Shown here: positions 41,064-49,218 of the stretch, one piece after another | Layout: each line of letters opens with the position of its first letter | Numbering within the stretch: position 1 is the stretch's first letter | Assembly: GCA_030647655.1 (NCBI GenBank) | Contig: JAUSJH010000003.1 | Coordinates: 11,013-75,012 of the forward strand | Reading direction: 5' to 3' | Source: a bacterium | GTDB taxonomy: Bacteria; Patescibacteriota; Minisyncoccia; Phycocordibacterales; UBA2100 | Length of the DNA stretch: 64,000 nt | Program-made: the position numbers and the translations under genes | Notes under the pieces: generated by a model | Database searches by the model: none | What the model was told of the DNA's origin: nothing | The model's input: the letters and a program-made list of their open reading frames with translations, nothing else

Positions 41064-41090
41064 AAAAGGCGCGCTGTGCGCTTAAATCGT

Positions 41091-41981
41091 ATGGCATCAC
41101 TCTACACACAGCAGGGTAAAAATATACGGAAGACATGGTTCCTAATGACCGGATTTCTGGTCATTGTCATCGGACTCGGGTGGATTGTATCGCAGGTGTA
41201 CGGAAACGCGGCTATTCTCTACGCGGCAGTCGTGTTCTCGCTTTTTATGAACGTGACTGCCTATTGGTTTTCCGACAAGGTAGCGCTTGCCGCAACAGGT
41301 GCCAAAGAAGCAGATTCGGTGAAATATCTAGAATTGCATCGCATCCTTGAGAATCTTGCCATCACTGCCGGGCTTCCGAAGCCGCGACTCTACGTGATAG
41401 ACGATCCCGCGCCTAATGCATTCGCTGCCGGGCGCAATACAAAACACGCAGTCGTCGCCGTGACGACAGGACTGCTTGAACGATTGGACAGGACCGAATT
41501 GGAAGGCGTACTTGCGCACGAGCTTTCGCACATCGGCAATCGCGATATTCTCGTCATGACGGTCGCCGTGGTCTTGGCGGGATTCATCGCGATTGTAGCC
41601 GACATATTTTTGCGCATGAGTTTTTTCGGCGGGGGAAACAGGGACAACAAAAACCCGTTGCTACTTATTGCCGCAGTGGCCGCGATTATCTTGGCACCCA
41701 TCGCTGCCCAACTCATACAGATGGCTGTCTCGCGCAAACGGGAATTTCTTGCCGACGCCTCCGGCGCGCTTCTCACGCGGTATCCCGACGGTCTCGCATC
41801 AGCGCTTACCAAGATCGCTTCATACGGCGCGCCGATGCGAAAGGCAAATCACGCGACCGCGCACCTATTTATCTCCAATCCATTCGGAGCTCACGAGGCG
41901 GGAAAATTTGTCGCCAAAATATTTTCTACTCATCCTCCAGTTGAAGAGAGGGTTGCGGCCCTAAAGGGCATGGAAGTGTGA
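41091..41981 (+). CDS. htpX: Zinc metalloprotease HtpX (M48)
   Basis: PNAFA.GR, AHELSH, SR.REFLADA, THPP.EER. Confidence 0.93.
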   Translation: MASLYTQQGKNIRKTWFLMTGFLVIVIGLGWIVSQVYGNAAILYAAVVFSLFMNVTAYWFSDKVALAATGAKEADSVKYLELHRILENLAITAGLPKPRLYVIDDPAPNAFAAGRNTKHAVVAVTTGLLERLDRTELEGVLAHELSHIGNRDILVMTVAVVLAGFIAIVADIFLRMSFFGGGNRDNKNPLLLIAAVAAIILAPIAAQLIQMAVSRKREFLADASGALLTRYPDGLASALTKIASYGAPMRKANHATAHLFISNPFGAHEAGKFVAKIFSTHPPVEERVAALKGMEV

Positions 41982-42018
41982 GTTGTGTTATTCTGAATTG
42001 AGAACAAAGGAGGCCACC

Positions 42019-42240
42019 ATGGGCAAAGTAGTCGCGAGACCAGCCGCGAGTCCCGACGGAGATGAGGTCGGCAAATTTGTCGGCATTGCAATGAACGGAA
42101 GTGACGAGGAAGAGTTTGCCGCTTCTATTGAGCGAAATAAACGCGAACGCGGGAAAATCAGCGTAGCGGCGCAGAAGTCTATCCGCCTGATCGACCGGAG
42201 TGTCAAAGACATCAACGTGGTGTTGGGAACGCAAAAGTGA
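42019..42240 (+). CDS. Small orphan protein
   Basis: AAGGAGG SD at 42007-42013; followed by hairpin 42245-42268. Confidence 0.6.
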   Translation: MGKVVARPAASPDGDEVGKFVGIAMNGSDEEEFAASIERNKRERGKISVAAQKSIRLIDRSVKDINVVLGTQK

Positions 42241-42244
42241 AATA

Positions 42245-42268
42245 GGCGGCCGCGTACGCGCGGCCGCC
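42245..42268 (+). terminator. GC-rich hairpin
   Basis: GGCGGCCGCG-TACG-CGCGGCCGCC. Confidence 0.6.
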
Positions 42269-42327
42269 AACCATTTATCTCAAATCCGCTCGCTGCTTCG
42301 CGTGGAATGGATGTATAGTGCGGTATG

Positions 42328-42628
42328 CCCCGCAGTAGAATTTCGGCTTGATTATGTTTTACACCTATCTGCTTGAGAACGAAAACGGAGAATCATATAC
42401 CGGGTTTACGTCTGACCTCCGCAAACGTGTTGTAAAACATAATCAGGGAAGCACTTTTTCAACAAAACATCACTCTTGGCGATGTATTTATTACGAAGCC
42501 TGTGTGGACGAAGAAGACGCGCGCCGCCGAGAGAGATATTTTAAGACGACAGACGGCAGACGAACTTTGAGAACTCGACTCAAGGTCTATTTTTATCAGC
42601 GGCGCCAGCCGAAATCACACTGACGGGG
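42328..42628 (+). mobile_element. Putative GIY-YIG nuclease mini-element with terminal inverted repeats and a 4-bp direct repeat (TATG)
   Basis: TATG|CCCCGCAGTAGAATTTCGGCT ... AGCCGAAATCACACTGACGGGG|TATG. Confidence 0.7.
42354..42623 (+). CDS. Stand-alone GIY-YIG nuclease
   Basis: YTY.L......YTG.TSDLRKR...HN.G, YYEA.....DA.RRE.YFK...G. Confidence 0.92.
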   Translation: MFYTYLLENENGESYTGFTSDLRKRVVKHNQGSTFSTKHHSWRCIYYEACVDEEDARRRERYFKTTDGRRTLRTRLKVYFYQRRQPKSH

Positions 42629-42629
42629 T

Positions 42630-43139
42630 ATGCGTCTAACACGCGACGGACGATTTGAACGTAGCGACATCTGGCGCGAGGGGAAGTGGCTCGATCTCTG
42701 GAGCGTCGTACACCTCCTATCCGGCACGTCTGTGGGCTTCTCGTTGATATTCATCAAGTTTGGCACGATAGCGTCTATCGTTATCGGGCTTCTCTTACTT
42801 GTCGTATACGAGATGTGGGAAGCCATCGTTAAAATCGAGGAGACACCGCAAAACCGATTCATGGATGTCGTGGTCGGCATGGTAAGTTTTCTCCCGACCT
42901 TTTTCTTTTTTCAAGGATTACCGACATCGCTATTCATACTTGTATTCGGATTCATATTAACGGTGAATATCACGATGGCGACCTTCGGCTGGCTCGCCTC
43001 GCGCAAAGCCGAAGAGTTCGAGCAAAAGTTGCGCAGCGAATTTATCGAACAGCGCCGCCGCCTATCGGAGCGCAAAGCGCGATTTCGCGATACCATGAAG
43101 CGCCGCCGTCTGCGCCGGACGCAAGGACGACCGCAGTAA
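42630..43139 (+). CDS. Membrane protein with D.WS..H / WE..E / D motif (DUF2585/DUF2238-like clan)
   Basis: LDLWSVVHLL, YEMWE....IEET..N..MD; basic C-terminal tail. Confidence 0.7.
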   Translation: MRLTRDGRFERSDIWREGKWLDLWSVVHLLSGTSVGFSLIFIKFGTIASIVIGLLLLVVYEMWEAIVKIEETPQNRFMDVVVGMVSFLPTFFFFQGLPTSLFILVFGFILTVNITMATFGWLASRKAEEFEQKLRSEFIEQRRRLSERKARFRDTMKRRRLRRTQGRPQ

Positions 43140-43244
43140 CCTCTGTGCGCAAGGGTTTGTTTCTGGAATATAGACCGAGGGTTGAGCATTGTATAGAGTG
43201 GATATATAGTGAAAAAAGCGAGATCAGCAAGGAGGGAGCATATC

Positions 43245-43523
43245 ATGGGTGACCTCGTCAGCGTTGTCCCAAGAATCGAGAAAAGAGCGAAGTGGCGAAG
43301 ACGTCACCCCGTGATTGTCCCTGAATTTGGGGCCCATATCATGCATGGGTTCCAACAGTGCTGGATCAATGCGTCGAATGCTCGGGCGCGTAAGCGCAGA
43401 ACATTTGAGGCACAGATAAAGCGCGGGGCGAAATCCGGGCGAACAGCTTTCCAGAAAAACGTGGCGGCTCCTCGATCGACTGCTCTTACCGTCCTCGACC
43501 AGCTTGATCCTTGGCGCTCATGA
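43245..43523 (+). CDS. Small basic orphan protein
   Basis: AAGGAGG at 43229-43235; hairpin GGCGGCCGCG-CATA-CGCGGCCGTC at 43531-43554. Confidence 0.5.
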   Translation: MGDLVSVVPRIEKRAKWRRRHPVIVPEFGAHIMHGFQQCWINASNARARKRRTFEAQIKRGAKSGRTAFQKNVAAPRSTALTVLDQLDPWRS

Positions 43524-43650
43524 ATTGTACGGCGGCCGCGCATACGCGGCCGTCTCTATTTTCTCGATTCTCTCTCCTGCCGTATACTACCTTCCACGGA
43601 GGCGTCGTACCCAAAGGGCACCTTCGGCATTCTGGTCTAGTTATACCGAT

Positions 43651-43735
43651 GGAGGCGTCGGATAGTGGTTTATTCCACCGCCTTGGAAAGGCGGCATGCC
43701 GCAAGGCATCGTGAGTTCAAATCTCACCGCCTCCG
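43651..43735 (+). tRNA. tRNA-Ser(GGA)
   Basis: GGAGGCG/CGCCTCC acceptor, CCGCC-TTGGAAA-GGCGG anticodon arm, long variable arm, GTTCAAATC. Confidence 0.95.
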
Positions 43736-43794
43736 CATCTATACACACCAGTAACTCGACACGCGGCCTGCGCGGGCTATCATTACACGTACGT

Positions 43795-44271
43795 ATGATT
43801 ACTGTGACCTTCTGGCCGATACTTGCCGCTGGCGTCGCCTCTGTCCTCATCGGATGGGTGTGGTACCACCCGCGCGTGTTTGGTAGAGCGTGGATGCGGG
43901 CAGCAAATCTCTCGCCAGAAGTTGTGGAGAGTGGCAAGAAAAAGATGCCTCTTTTAGCGTTTGTGGGGCTCCTTGCGAGCATGCTTGTTGCGTGGATTAT
44001 GAATTCCCTTGGGCAGAAAATCGGCATTTTCGACTGGGTCGGGGCAGTCTTTGACCTTGCGCTCTGGCTGTGGCTCGGATTCGTCGCGCCGGTTCTTTTG
44101 GGCTCGGTTCTGTGGGAGCGCAAGCCTCTCAAGTATTATGGGATAAACGCAGGGTACTGGCTCGTATCATTTATTGTGATGGCAGTTATCTTGGTGATTG
44201 GGGCACAAACGATTGGAGGGGCTATGTATGATACGGGAGGAAATCACAACGTATATATAGGAGGAGAGTGA
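43795..44271 (+). CDS. DUF1761 membrane protein
   Basis: G.VWY.P..FG..WM; WLGF..P; IN.GY.L. Confidence 0.85.
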   Translation: MITVTFWPILAAGVASVLIGWVWYHPRVFGRAWMRAANLSPEVVESGKKKMPLLAFVGLLASMLVAWIMNSLGQKIGIFDWVGAVFDLALWLWLGFVAPVLLGSVLWERKPLKYYGINAGYWLVSFIVMAVILVIGAQTIGGAMYDTGGNHNVYIGGE

Positions 44272-44283
44272 TACAGGGGGCTT

Positions 44284-44727
44284 ATGAAAGGCGCTCTTGT
44301 TTATATTGCCGCGGCAATCGCGGCCGTTTCTTTTTTGTATCTCTACAGCGCTTTCACACCGAAGGCCGTTGTCCCGCTGCGAACGGTGCACATCGGCAGC
44401 CAAACAATAAAAGTTACTGTTGCTCAAACACCAGAAGAGAGACAAAAAGGTTTAAGTGGTCGGGAAGGACTTGCTACCGATGAGGGAATGCTTTTCGTTT
44501 TCCCGACGGATGGGAAGTATGCATTTTGGATGAAGGACATGCGCTTCTCGATAGACATTCTCTGGCTTTCTTCTGATGGCACAATTGTCCACCTTGCTCA
44601 GAACGTCTCGCCAGATACCTATCCTAAGAATTTCACCTCCGAAAGCGCGGCGCGCTACGTCCTTGAGCTCCCGGCTGGATATGCCGCGTCTAATTTGGTC
44701 AGAGTAGGCGATATTGTTCAACTATAA
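44284..44727 (+). CDS. DUF192 family protein
   Basis: A.TP.ER..GL..R, GMLFVF, FWMKDM...IDI.W, YVLE. Confidence 0.92.
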   Translation: MKGALVYIAAAIAAVSFLYLYSAFTPKAVVPLRTVHIGSQTIKVTVAQTPEERQKGLSGREGLATDEGMLFVFPTDGKYAFWMKDMRFSIDILWLSSDGTIVHLAQNVSPDTYPKNFTSESAARYVLELPAGYAASNLVRVGDIVQL

Positions 44728-44746
44728 TTCCGCGACAAGTAAAACA

Positions 44747-44772
44747 AAACAGCGAACCGAAGTTCGCTGTTT
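44747..44772 (-). terminator. Intrinsic terminator of rnpB (possibly bidirectional)
   Basis: Minus strand AAACAGCGAAC-TTCG-GTTCGCTGTTTTGTTTT. Confidence 0.8.
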
Positions 44773-44774
44773 CG

Positions 44775-45116
44775 CTGCATCTGTAAGCCGGATTCTGTCG
44801 AGGGCAACCATGTATCTGGGATGATTGTCGCCAATCACCTCAAGCGACTCTCTCAGTCACGCCGCACTGAGCCCTTCGAACTCAATGCGGCGCGACCAAG
44901 CACGGTCTTGCACGCAGGTAGGATTTTTGCCGTTGCACCCAGTATGTTTCCACACCGGCTCACCCTTGCGGGTGTCTTCGCCTCTCGGCTAAGACGTCTC
45001 TGTTCGCATCCCTTAGATTACCTAGGTGGGCGTTACCCACTACCGTCCTGCTCCTTGCGGAGCGCGTGTCCGGACTTTCCTCTCAACGCTTGCGCGCGAG
45101 CGGCTGCCTAATGCAG
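44775..45116 (-). ncRNA. rnpB: RNase P RNA
   Basis: Minus strand GAGGAAAGTCCGGAC near 5' end, GTGCAACGGCAAAA and GTGCAAGAC internally, GACAGAATCCGGCTTAC at 3' end; ends approximate. Confidence 0.95.
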
Positions 45117-45205
45117 AGATGCATTATTTCATATTGTATGACAAAAAACAACATCCACATTCCCGTCCTACGGCGGGCTTTTGCAATATGTGATACCATC
45201 GCACC

Positions 45206-47506
45206 ATGATAAGTGGAGTATTATTCGACAGGATTTCACAGTGGAGCATGATACTTCTTATCGGGCTCTTGCCGATTTTCTTTGTGCCAGTGCTCTGGGT
45301 GACGGTCGTGCAGGCCAAATCCGCGCTCGTCGCCGTGCTTCTTGCCATTGCCGCGCTCTCTTGGCTCGTCGCACGGCTCATTGAGGGAAACGTGCGTATT
45401 CCCGCGAGCCTCGTCCTTCTCGCGGGTCTCCTTGTTCCTGTTGCGTACGCTCTCTCGGTCGCGGTTTCGGGGTTGGCGCAGATATCTATCGTTGGCACAG
45501 GTGTCGAGCAAGACACACTTGCGTTTGCCTGCATGTTGTATGCGGCACTCGCACTTTCCGCTCTAATATTCTCGAGCGCTCCGCGGGCAGGTATCTTCGC
45601 AGTGCGCGGGCTCTATATCGGAGCATTTCTGCTCCTCTGTATCAAGGTTGTTTATTTAATAGTCCCGAGCATTAGTTTGGGCAGTATCATTATCCCGCAA
45701 ACTGGGAATATATTTGGTAATTGGCATGAATTTGCGATCGTGCTAGGTTTTTTCATTGTGCTTGGGCTCGGACTTCGACAAAGCGAGCACACCCTCGGAG
45801 TATGGAAATATCTGTTCTATGCGGTGTCTCTCGTATCCGCATCTCTTCTATTCATTGCCAATTTCTCCGACGTGTGGATAGCGGTTGGGCTCGCGTCCCT
45901 CGCAGCGCTCACTTTCGAATTGCTCGAATCGCGTGCTTGGGAAGGACACCTGACTTTCCCGTGGCGCACGCGCGGGCTTTGGATAGCTTTAATCGCGCTC
46001 GCTCTCTTCTCAATTGTCTTCGGCACATTCGTCAACAATGTCCTTCCTGCGCGCATTCGTATCGCCAATTACGAAGTACGTCCATCGTGGCAAGGAACCA
46101 TCGCGATAAGTGAGCTCGCGCTTACGCGTCCGGCTACGCTCTTTTTCGGTGTGGGTCCCAATACCTTTGGACGCGAATGGGGGCTATATAAACCGGCTAG
46201 TGTGAATCAAACTGACTTTTGGGATACAAATTTTAATACAGGCGTCGGAGCTGTCCCCACCTCGTTCGTGACGACTGGTATTATCGGCATTCTTGCATGG
46301 CTCTTCTTTGCCGGAGTACTTATCTATCTCGCCGTTCGTGTACTCATACGACAGGCCAAAGGAGTACCACGTGTATCCGCCGTGTCCGCGTTCGCTATCG
46401 CTTCGGGGTATCTTCTCGCATTCCACGTACTTTATGTGCCGGGGCCGGCGCTCAGCACTCTGCTATTCGTTTGTGCGGGAACTCTCGTCGCCTATACGAC
46501 GCACATCGGACTCACGCACATACGCAATCTTAATATTCGCGGGGAAGGATGGATGAGTGCTTGGCAGACGGCAGGAGTCGTCGTTTTCGGCCTTGCGGTA
46601 CTTGTCGCTGGGTTCGGGATATCACGCGCGATTCTCGCCGAAGTGTTGCTCAATCGAAGCGTCGTTGTCTACAATCAGTCGAAGGATGTGCAGGCCGCTT
46701 CGCGGCTTATTGCACAAGCGCTCTTTATCAACTCGTCGAGCGCGCGCGCAAACCGTACTGGTGTCGAGCTTGGACTTCTCGAACTGCGGGAGCTTAGTGC
46801 AAAAAGTGACCCGAAGGACGAAGCCGCGCGCGCGCAACTGCAAGTAACACTTGAGAAAACCATACAGCACGGATTGAACGCGGTTGCTATCAACGGGGAT
46901 GACTATCAGAATTGGCTCGAACTCGCGGGGCTTTATCAGGAACTTGCAGGTGCGAAGGTCGCTGGGGCGTATGAAAATGCGCGCGCAGCTTATGAGCGCG
47001 CGCGCGCCGAGAATCCATCAAGTCCCATACCGCTCTTTCGGCTGGCGCAACTCGAATTACTTGAAGGTCATACTGATCTCGCGCTCCAAGACCTCGCTCT
47101 TGCGGTGGAATTAAAAACCGATTTTGCGGCCGCTTATTACGCTGCCTCCCAGATTTATGCATCACAGAACAATTTGAAAGACGCGCTCTCTGCCGCGGCA
47201 CGTGCGGCGCAATATGCATCGAATGACACTTTGGCATGGTACAACGCCGGCTCGATTGCCTACGCGGCAAAGGATTATACGAACGCGGTAGTGGCGCTTG
47301 AAAAAGCTCTTGCGCTCGAGCCGAATTATGCGAATGCTTCCTACGTGCTTGGTCTTTCCTATGCACAGCTTGGCCGCACCGCGGACGCTCTCAAGATATT
47401 TGAGGCGCTCAATACATTGAATCCTAATCAACAAGTGGTGCAGCAGGCAATCGCGGATCTGCGCACTGGTAAAAAACCTCCACCAGCTCCCGCAAAGAAG
47501 AATTAG
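45206..47506 (+). CDS. Polytopic membrane protein (O-antigen ligase-like) with C-terminal TPR repeats
   Basis: About 12 TMs; FG.GP.TF...W; TGI.G; TPRs (ALALEPNYANA.Y.LG..Y..LG). Confidence 0.8.
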   Translation: MISGVLFDRISQWSMILLIGLLPIFFVPVLWVTVVQAKSALVAVLLAIAALSWLVARLIEGNVRIPASLVLLAGLLVPVAYALSVAVSGLAQISIVGTGVEQDTLAFACMLYAALALSALIFSSAPRAGIFAVRGLYIGAFLLLCIKVVYLIVPSISLGSIIIPQTGNIFGNWHEFAIVLGFFIVLGLGLRQSEHTLGVWKYLFYAVSLVSASLLFIANFSDVWIAVGLASLAALTFELLESRAWEGHLTFPWRTRGLWIALIALALFSIVFGTFVNNVLPARIRIANYEVRPSWQGTIAISELALTRPATLFFGVGPNTFGREWGLYKPASVNQTDFWDTNFNTGVGAVPTSFVTTGIIGILAWLFFAGVLIYLAVRVLIRQAKGVPRVSAVSAFAIASGYLLAFHVLYVPGPALSTLLFVCAGTLVAYTTHIGLTHIRNLNIRGEGWMSAWQTAGVVVFGLAVLVAGFGISRAILAEVLLNRSVVVYNQSKDVQAASRLIAQALFINSSSARANRTGVELGLLELRELSAKSDPKDEAARAQLQVTLEKTIQHGLNAVAINGDDYQNWLELAGLYQELAGAKVAGAYENARAAYERARAENPSSPIPLFRLAQLELLEGHTDLALQDLALAVELKTDFAAAYYAASQIYASQNNLKDALSAAARAAQYASNDTLAWYNAGSIAYAAKDYTNAVVALEKALALEPNYANASYVLGLSYAQLGRTADALKIFEALNTLNPNQQVVQQAIADLRTGKKPPPAPAKKN

Positions 47507-47511
47507 CTCGT

Positions 47512-49212
47512 ATGATGAATCGGGCTCTACAGCTTCTCTCATACGAAGTTCGCGGTCTTCATGCCGCCGTGTATATGATAGCGTTCTCGGCACTTCTCTC
47601 ATCCGTCTTGGCATTACTGCGGGATAGGATGTTGGCACATACATTCGGTGCCTCGGCTACTCTCGATGTCTACTATGCCGCGTTCCGCATTCCCGATCTC
47701 ATTTTCGTTGGCACCGCTGCCTTGGTATCTGTGTATGTGCTCATTCCCGCACTCGCACGCCGTAGCACGGAAGAACAGAGTGAATACATCGACACTATAC
47801 TCATCGGGTTTTCTTTTCTCGCAGTACTTCTATCCGGTATCGCGGCCCTGCTCGCTCCTTTCGTTCTTGCACACCTATTTCCGCAACTTAGCGCAGGCGG
47901 ATACCTAGACACCTTGGTCTCTTTGACTCGTATCATGCTCCTCCAACCGATTCTCTTGGGTCTTTCCAACATTCTTGCGGCAATAACACAGACGCGCGGA
48001 CGCTATGCGCTCTATTCGATATCACCGCTCCTCTATAATATCGGGATTATCTGCGGGATCGTTTTCTTCTATCCGCTCTGGGGGCTTCCGGGGCTTGCGC
48101 TGGGGGTTGTTTTGGGAGCTTTCATGCATTTTGGAATACAGGTGCCCTCGGTATTTGCGGACGGATTTTTCCACCGGATACCGCGCATGTGGAATCCGCG
48201 CATGCTCTACGAGACTGCTGCGGTCTCGGTTCCGCGTTCTCTGACACTTTCTATGAATCAGCTCGCTTTCATCGGATTGACCGCGCTTGCCGCGGCGCTC
48301 GCCTCCGGCTCGATTGCAGTCTTTATGTTTGCCTATAATCTGCAGGCTGTCCCTCTTGCGATTATCGGCGCGTCGTACTCTGTCGCGGCGTTCCCGACCT
48401 TGGCCGCGGCACTAGCTCGCGGCGAGCGCAATCTTTTCATCGAACACATCGCGGCTGCGGCCCGATACGTCGTCTTCTGGGCACTTCCGGTAACTGCGCT
48501 CATCATTGTGTTGCGTGCCTACATGGTGCGCGTCGTACTTGGCTCGGGGGCCTTCGATTGGACAGACACGCGACTCACGGCCGCCGCGCTTGCGCTTTTC
48601 GCGCTCTCGCTCACGACACAGGCCATAACGCTTCTCCTTGTCCGTGGCTACTATGCCGCCGGCCGTACATTTGTCCCGTTTCTCGTATCAACTGGTACCG
48701 CAGTTTCAACTGTGGGATTGGGAGCGCTCTTTATCGGGGTATTCCAAAATGAGCTGGTATCGGAGAGTGTTCAGGCACTTTTACGTGTCGTTAATGTGCC
48801 GGGGAGTTCGGTTCTTGCACTAGCATTTGCATACGCAAGCGTTTCAATAATTGGGACTCTCGTTCTAATATTCCATTTTGAACGTCGTTTCGGCGGGTTT
48901 CTCGCATCCGTATGGCGTGCATGGACACATAGCGCTCTTGCCGCATTCGCCGCGGGATGTGGCACGTATATCTTTCTTGTCGTAGTCGGCCCCATCACAT
49001 TCGCCTCCACGACGCTATCGGTCTTTACTCGCGGCTTTGCTGCAGGAGTGTTTGGGATTATAGTCGCAGGACTTGTGTACGCTGCACTCGGCAGTCGTGA
49101 GTACGCGGAGATTGTGGAGTCGATACGCAATCGTTGGGAAGGCGCGCGACCTCCCATACCGCAAAACGCGGTGGTCTCGTCTGAAGAGGCGGGTCCCGCA
49201 AGTCCCCAGTAA
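47512..49212 (+). CDS. murJ: Lipid II flippase MurJ/MviN
   Basis: RDR.LA..FGA....D.YYAAFRIPD; PLLYNIGII; P.AI.G.S...A.FP.L. Confidence 0.9.
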   Translation: MMNRALQLLSYEVRGLHAAVYMIAFSALLSSVLALLRDRMLAHTFGASATLDVYYAAFRIPDLIFVGTAALVSVYVLIPALARRSTEEQSEYIDTILIGFSFLAVLLSGIAALLAPFVLAHLFPQLSAGGYLDTLVSLTRIMLLQPILLGLSNILAAITQTRGRYALYSISPLLYNIGIICGIVFFYPLWGLPGLALGVVLGAFMHFGIQVPSVFADGFFHRIPRMWNPRMLYETAAVSVPRSLTLSMNQLAFIGLTALAAALASGSIAVFMFAYNLQAVPLAIIGASYSVAAFPTLAAALARGERNLFIEHIAAAARYVVFWALPVTALIIVLRAYMVRVVLGSGAFDWTDTRLTAAALALFALSLTTQAITLLLVRGYYAAGRTFVPFLVSTGTAVSTVGLGALFIGVFQNELVSESVQALLRVVNVPGSSVLALAFAYASVSIIGTLVLIFHFERRFGGFLASVWRAWTHSALAAFAAGCGTYIFLVVVGPITFASTTLSVFTRGFAAGVFGIIVAGLVYAALGSREYAEIVESIRNRWEGARPPIPQNAVVSSEEAGPASPQ

Positions 49213-49218
49213 TAATTC

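Noticed and set aside
43641-43794. ORF extensions over tRNA-Ser (similarly 51636-52061, 53229-53441, 54002-54277)
   Set aside because: They overlap tRNA genes; the DUF1761 start is better placed at 43795.
44821-45111. 96-aa ORF from the track
   Set aside because: Antisense to RNase P RNA; spurious.
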